A stretch of DNA of 64,000 nucleotides, from NCBI GenBank assembly GCA_947494705.1, contig CANLVN010000005.1:7835-71834 (forward strand), read 5' to 3'. Below are positions 59,315-64,000 of this stretch, piece by piece. This stretch comes from an uncultured Erythrobacter sp. GTDB taxonomy: Bacteria; Pseudomonadota; Alphaproteobacteria; Sphingomonadales; Sphingomonadaceae. Position 1 is the first letter of the stretch. Every line of letters begins with the position of its first letter. Below the pieces are notes generated by a model. It searched no databases, was not told where the DNA came from, and saw nothing but the letters and a program-made list of their open reading frames with translations. The position numbers and the translations under genes are program-made.

Positions 59315-60793
59315 CTACAGGGGCAGGAAGATACTGGCCAGCGCCGCGCTCATCAGGTTGGCGAGGCTGCCCGCGGCGAGCGCCTTCAATCCCAGACGAG
59401 CGATGACCGGGCGCTGGTTGGGGGCGAGCCCGCCAGTCACCGCCATCTGGATCGCGATCGAGGAGAAGTTGGCAAAGCCGCACAGGGCGAAGGTGACGAT
59501 GGCGCGGCTGCGTTCGGTCAGGTCGTCTCCGGTAATCGCGCCCAGTTCGATGAAGGCGACGAATTCGTTGAGCACGATCTTGGTCCCGAACAATCCGCCC
59601 GCCAGCCGCGCCTGTTCCCAATCGGCAATTCCGATCAGGAACATGACCGGCGCAAAGATATAGCCGAGCAGTGCCTGGAAGCTGAGTGTGCTGAGCCATT
59701 CGGCAGTGGCCTCGCCAAAAGGCATCCCCATTCCGGCGGCCGCTGCGACGATCGTGCTGCCCACGCCCGAGAGCAGTCCGTTCGCGAGCGCCACCAGCGC
59801 GACAAAGACCATCACCATCGCGCCAACCGCGACCGCCAGCTTCACCCCGGTCTGCGTGCCTTGCGCGGCGGCTTCGATGATGTTGGCGGGACGCTGTCCT
59901 TCTTCGAAGGTTTCGGCCATTTCGACCTCGCTCGGCTTCGCCCCCTCGGCAATCGCCGCCGGGCCGCCAGTGCCGATCCGCGACTGGGGCAATTCGACTT
60001 CCTCGCCGTACTTGCCGACCATCGTCACGCGGGTCTGGTGATCGGTGGGCTGGCCGCTGCGGTGCTTCAACTGCGCGCCCGCCGCCGCCACGATCGCGTC
60101 GTCTTCAGGCTCTTGCGCGGGGAGGTCGGGCATGATGATCTTCGCCATCAGGATGCCGCCGGGCGCCGACATGAACGCCGCCGCGAGCAGGAATGGCACC
60201 GCTTCGGAACCGATGAAGCTGGCATAGGCGGCAAGGATCGTCCCTGCGACGCCAGCCATGCCGACGGTCATAAGCGTGAACAGCTGCGAGGGCGGAAGCG
60301 CGGCGAGATAGGGGCGCACGACCAGCGGGCTTTCCGACTGGCCGACAAAGATGTTCGCCGCGCTGCCCAGCGATTCGACCTTGCTGATCCCGGTGATCCA
60401 CGCAATCGCCCCGCCGACCCAGCGTACAAGCCGCTGCATGATGCCCAGGTGATACAGGATCGAAACGATCGCCGCGAAGAACACGATCACGGGCAACGCG
60501 GCGATAACGAAAGTGTTGGCGAAGGGGTTGGAGTCCATCGGGCCGAACACGCTCTCGATCCCGACCCGGGAAAAATCGAGCAACGCGATCACGCCGTCGG
60601 ACAGGAAGCTGATGATCGCAACGCCGAAATCCGTGCGCAGGACCAGAAGCGCCATGACCGCCTGCAGTGCAAAGGCCGCTCCCACGACGCGCAGGTTGAT
60701 GATCTTTTTGCCCGAGGACAGTGCATAAGCAATGCCCAAGATGGCGACCACGCCGATCAGGCTGAACAAAATCGATGTCACGCTGTTAGTCAC
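59315..60793 (-). CDS. Concentrative nucleoside transporter (NupC/CNT family); start uncertain
   Basis: ALPVIVFFAAIVSILY, AANIFVGQSESPL, GMAGVAGTILAAY, MSAPGG, GTKIVLNEFVAF, FALCGFANFSSIAI. GTG starts possible at 60781 or 60793. Confidence 0.93.
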   Translation of the reverse strand: MTNSVTSILFSLIGVVAILGIAYALSSGKKIINLRVVGAAFALQAVMALLVLRTDFGVAIISFLSDGVIALLDFSRVGIESVFGPMDSNPFANTFVIAALPVIVFFAAIVSILYHLGIMQRLVRWVGGAIAWITGISKVESLGSAANIFVGQSESPLVVRPYLAALPPSQLFTLMTVGMAGVAGTILAAYASFIGSEAVPFLLAAAFMSAPGGILMAKIIMPDLPAQEPEDDAIVAAAGAQLKHRSGQPTDHQTRVTMVGKYGEEVELPQSRIGTGGPAAIAEGAKPSEVEMAETFEEGQRPANIIEAAAQGTQTGVKLAVAVGAMVMVFVALVALANGLLSGVGSTIVAAAAGMGMPFGEATAEWLSTLSFQALLGYIFAPVMFLIGIADWEQARLAGGLFGTKIVLNEFVAFIELGAITGDDLTERSRAIVTFALCGFANFSSIAIQMAVTGGLAPNQRPVIARLGLKALAAGSLANLMSAALASIFLPL

Positions 60794-60993
60794 GTATCCA
60801 GCCCACGCAGGCCAGCGCATCTGCGGCGCCTGCCCTGCCCCTCGGAATAATGTTGTGGTTGCGGCCCGTAGGCCATGTACGCCAACGCGTGGCACCTTGC
60901 AGGCACGAGTGCAAGTGGGTTCCTCGCGCCAGTCGTTGACAGAGACTCGCCCGCAGCTTTCCTTTTGGCAAGCCCTCGCTTAGCAAACCTCGC

Positions 60994-61686
60994 ATGGAAC
61001 ACAGCGACACGCCCGAGCATCAATCCGCCCAGCCAAACACGGTAACGATGCCGCTCGGCCTGTTCGTCTTCGTGCTGCTGTACGGCGGGATGACCGTGCT
61101 GGCAGGGGTGCTCGCCTACAAGCAGGTGCAGCTGTGGCCCAGCAACCTCGCGGTGGAATCGGGCATTTTCGCGTTTCTGCTGCTGGTCGTGATATCCAGC
61201 ACCATAGCCCAGCTCTACGGCAAGGCGCTGGCCCAGCGCATCGTGTGGTGGGGCTTCCTGCCGCTGTTTATTGCTTCGGTTCTGATGCAGCTGGTTCTCG
61301 GCCTGCCTGCATCACCCGAAATGGTGCAAGGACGCGCGGAAGACCTTGCCGCGTTCGAGCGGGTGCATTCGACCGTCTGGCGCGTCTGGGCGGCGGGACC
61401 AGCGGCCTATATCGTCTCGCTGCTTCTGAACATCTGGATCTTCGAGCGGCTTCGCGGTTCCGGCGACAGTACGACCTGGAGCCTGATGGTGCGCGGCGCG
61501 ATCGCTTCGGCGCTGAGTCAGGCAGTCGATTCGGTGATCTTCATTTTCCTGGCATTCTATGGCCTGTTCCCGATCATGAACCTGATGATCGGACAGGTGA
61601 TCGCCAAGGTTTCACTCAGCATTATACTGGTGCCGATCCTCATCACCCTCGGCGTGCGCGCCGCGCAGTGGCTCGACCGGCGATAG
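60994..61686 (+). CDS. Queuosine precursor transporter (YhhQ/VUT family)
   Basis: Six-to-seven-TM protein; KQV...GIFAFLLLVVISSTIAQLYG...WWGF, SLLLNIWIF..LR, S.ALSQAVDSVIF..LAFYG. Confidence 0.8.
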   Translation: MEHSDTPEHQSAQPNTVTMPLGLFVFVLLYGGMTVLAGVLAYKQVQLWPSNLAVESGIFAFLLLVVISSTIAQLYGKALAQRIVWWGFLPLFIASVLMQLVLGLPASPEMVQGRAEDLAAFERVHSTVWRVWAAGPAAYIVSLLLNIWIFERLRGSGDSTTWSLMVRGAIASALSQAVDSVIFIFLAFYGLFPIMNLMIGQVIAKVSLSIILVPILITLGVRAAQWLDRR

Positions 61687-61890
61687 GCAGCCAGGGACGC
61701 GCGGCGACGGCCCGCGCAGCCGGCCATCCTGCCTCTCGCGAGCTGATCAACGGAATATCGCAGATAGGCACCGGGTCGATCTTCTCGTCCGAAAAAGAAA
61801 AGCGCTCACCCCTAATTTTTTAGGAACCGATCTTCGGGCGGGTGATTATAGCTGCATATCTGAAGCAAAAAACACAGGGAGTTCAATCAG

Positions 61891-62040
61891 ATGACCTCTG
61901 CGCCTATCCGTTCGAGCTTGCCCGATCGTTGGTCCAGCCCGCGCCCGTTCAGCGATGCGACAACACGTCGCCTCAAGCATGGCGCGGTGCAGCCAATGGT
62001 CCAGCCCGGCTTCTTCGAGCGCTGGTTCGGCCAGCGCTAA
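61891..62040 (+). CDS. Small hypothetical protein (49 aa), not in the supplied ORF track
   Basis: AGGGAG RBS upstream; ATG 61891 to TAA 62040 encodes MTSAPIRSSLPDRWSSPRPFSDATTRRLKHGAVQPMVQPGFFERWFGQR; terminator 27 nt downstream. Confidence 0.7.
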   Translation: MTSAPIRSSLPDRWSSPRPFSDATTRRLKHGAVQPMVQPGFFERWFGQR

Positions 62041-62066
62041 ATCTCTTCAACAGTTGACCCCGCCTA

Positions 62067-62101
62067 GCGCGCCTAGCCACCCGGCCAGGCGCGCTTTTTT
62101 T
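62067..62101 (+). terminator. Rho-independent terminator
   Basis: GCGCGCCTAGCC-ACCC-GGCCAGGCGCGC followed by TTTTTTT. Confidence 0.85.
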
Positions 62102-62177
62102 GCGGGCTGTGAGAGCCAATCAGGCAAGCCGTGGTCGCCGCCCACGCGGTGGTCGCGTGGACGGCGGTCCGAAGCTT

Positions 62178-63716
62178 TTAGTATTCCTCTGGCTCTTCGG
62201 GTGTGTCGGCCGTGTGCGTCGGACCGGCATTCTTCTGGCCCTGTGCCAGCTTGAACACCACGCCCGAGAGCAGCAACAGCGCTAGCAGGTTAGGCAAGGC
62301 CATTGCGGCATTCGAGATGTCGCCCAGGCGCCAGACCAGTTCGGACGGCTGCGCCGCGGCGAGGAAGATCACGATACACCACACGACGCGCCAGCCGATA
62401 TGCAGCGCCCGCTCCCCTCCCCGGCTCGATCCCGGAATCCGGTCGTAGAGGAAGGTGATCGCGCGCTCTCCGTAATAGCTCCACGTCAGCAGCGTGGTGA
62501 ACACGAACAGGATCAGCGCAGTCGATGCCACCAGCGTACCCAGCGGGATGCCGGCGATCTCGGTCGGGAAGGCAGCGGCGAAGGCCCCGCTCGTCATCTC
62601 GAACCCGACGCGGTCGGACTGCCAGGCATGCAGCACGCTCTCGCCACCCGCAGTGAAATCGCCGCGCACGGTCAGGATGACCAGCGCGGTCATGGTGCAG
62701 ATCACGATCGTGTCGATAAAGGTGCCCAGCATCGCCATGCGGCCCTGCTGTTGCGGGTCGTTGGTCTGCGCCACGGCGTGGGCGATGGCGGTCGAACCCT
62801 GCCCGGCCTCGTTCGAGAACAGCCCGCGCGCGACACCGGCACGGATCGCCATGACCATCGTCGCACCCAAGAAGCCGCCCGTCGCCGCAGCGGGGTTAAA
62901 CGCGCTGTGGAAGATCAGGTAGAAGGTCTCCGGAATGTCCGCGATGTTTAGGATCAGAGCGATGATTGCCATGATGATGTAGGCGACCATCATGAACGGA
63001 ATGACCTTTTCCGCGACGCTGCCGATCGACTTGATCCCGCCGATTATGACGACGAAAACGAGGGCTGCGACGATCGCTCCGCCGACCCATTCCTCGATCC
63101 CGAAAAGCTCGTTCAGACCGTCAGCGACCGCATTGGCCTGGATCGAGTTGCCGGTAACCAGAGCGGAGAACAGCGTTCCGAGGCAGAATACTACGGCCAG
63201 CCACGTCCATTTCGGGCCAAGCCCCATGAGGATGTAGGTCATCGGACCGCCGCGCTTCGTGCCATCGCTGGTCGTCTCACGATATCGGATCGCCAAAGAT
63301 CCTTCCGCAAAGGCGAGCGCCATGCCCACCAGAGCCGTAATCCACATCCAGAAGATCGCGCCAGGACCGCCCAGCGCGATCGCCGTTGCGACGCCGGCGA
63401 GGTTGCCCGTGCCGACCTGCCCCGAAAGTGCCGTGGAGAGCGCGGCGAAAGGCGAGATTTCGCCATCGCCTTCGCCCTTGCGGCCTGCCAGCAGCCCCTT
63501 GAACGCCGCGCCGAGATTGCGCAGCGGATAAAACTTGAGCCCGGCCATGATGTAGATGCCGATCCCCAGCAGGATGATCGTCATCGGCGGTATCGGCTGT
63601 CCGCCGATGGAGAACCACGCAAGCGGCTCTCCATTCCATGTGCCCCCCCAGATGAAGTCCGAGACATTGGTAATCGGCGCGATCCAGGCTTCTGCGCCCG
63701 ATACGTCTGCAGCCAT
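62178..63716 (-). CDS. Alanine/glycine:cation symporter (AGCS family)
   Basis: ALSTALSGQVGTGNLAGVATAIALGGPGAIFWMW, RGGPMTYI, GVARGLFSNEAGQGS, FIDTIVICTMTAL, MALPNL. Confidence 0.95.
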   Translation of the reverse strand: MAADVSGAEAWIAPITNVSDFIWGGTWNGEPLAWFSIGGQPIPPMTIILLGIGIYIMAGLKFYPLRNLGAAFKGLLAGRKGEGDGEISPFAALSTALSGQVGTGNLAGVATAIALGGPGAIFWMWITALVGMALAFAEGSLAIRYRETTSDGTKRGGPMTYILMGLGPKWTWLAVVFCLGTLFSALVTGNSIQANAVADGLNELFGIEEWVGGAIVAALVFVVIIGGIKSIGSVAEKVIPFMMVAYIIMAIIALILNIADIPETFYLIFHSAFNPAAATGGFLGATMVMAIRAGVARGLFSNEAGQGSTAIAHAVAQTNDPQQQGRMAMLGTFIDTIVICTMTALVILTVRGDFTAGGESVLHAWQSDRVGFEMTSGAFAAAFPTEIAGIPLGTLVASTALILFVFTTLLTWSYYGERAITFLYDRIPGSSRGGERALHIGWRVVWCIVIFLAAAQPSELVWRLGDISNAAMALPNLLALLLLSGVVFKLAQGQKNAGPTHTADTPEEPEEY

Positions 63717-64000
63717 GAGTGGCGATCCCCTTAGATATGATCCCTGCGAAGGTGAAACCGGTCCCCCCGGCTCTTCGTATGGAAGCGCAGGCTAGTGAGG
63801 CAGGGGAGCGATTGCCAGCATTAATGTTGCAGCGCAGTGACGGGAGATCGACGCGTTGCATTGCGATGCTTGCAAACACCCGCGTTTCGCCTTAACTGAC
63901 ATCCAATTCCGACATCGGTATCGAATATGGCTCTCCCGGCGAACTTGTCCCGGCGAGCGATGAGACCTACCTGAAAGCCGGATACCGGAACACTGACACG

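Noticed and set aside
60820-60993. preQ1 riboswitch or sigma54 promoter upstream of the YhhQ-like gene
   Set aside because: No preQ1 consensus is visible, and the TGGCA...GC candidates lack the TTGC -12 element or have the wrong spacing.
61820-61850. EcfG/SigT-type promoter (GGAAC-N16-CGTT) upstream of the small ORF, and a similar one upstream of 37308
   Set aside because: The -35 GGAAC is present but the -10 reads GATT or CTTT; too weak to call without data.
63896-64000. Open + strand frame at the window end (LTSNSDIGIEYGSPGELVPASDETYLKAGYRNTDT)
   Set aside because: Codon usage looks coding, but there is no ATG/RBS and only 35 codons are visible; it needs the next window.

Overview
GC-rich alphaproteobacterial chromosome segment. 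Gene content and order (gcv, csgF/G/H, sahR-metF-split metH, aat/DUF2155/NDUFA12/DUF192/recX) point to Sphingomonadales, probably Erythrobacteraceae; this is inferred, not measured. Left to right: tail of a nucleotidyltransferase/flippase locus; glycine-riboswitch-controlled gcvT-H-PA-PB; a curli-type operon (csgF, csgG, one CsgB-like curlin, an unknown secreted protein, csgH); sahR-metF-metH(split) with a SahR-type operator; an accessory catabolic stretch (Gfo/Idh/MocA + AKR + TauD-family dioxygenase facing a YidK-like Na+ symporter, a BciA-like reductase, a sulfatase plus two acyl-CoA dehydrogenases, PaoABC-like aldehyde oxidoreductase, porin, MCP, degenerate HD-GYP); glpD, tRNA-Trp and a conserved core block; a fatty acyl-AMP ligase; a TelA operon; GDP-mannose genes; a hybrid kinase; and an Oar-like TonB receptor preceded by three Pho-box-like repeats, next to a 2OG-Fe(II) oxygenase, a NupC nucleoside transporter and a YhhQ-like queuosine-precursor transporter. 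A 49-codon ORF absent from the supplied ORF track has its own RBS and terminator. I saw no integrase, transposase, prophage, CRISPR array or rRNA. Best candidates for undescribed systems: (1) the curli operon with a non-curlin gene between the curlin and csgH, (2) the Pho-box TBDR / nucleoside-salvage cluster, (3) the TauD-AKR-Gfo/SSS and sulfatase-ACAD catabolic modules. All family assignments come from recognising motifs by eye; no database search was run.
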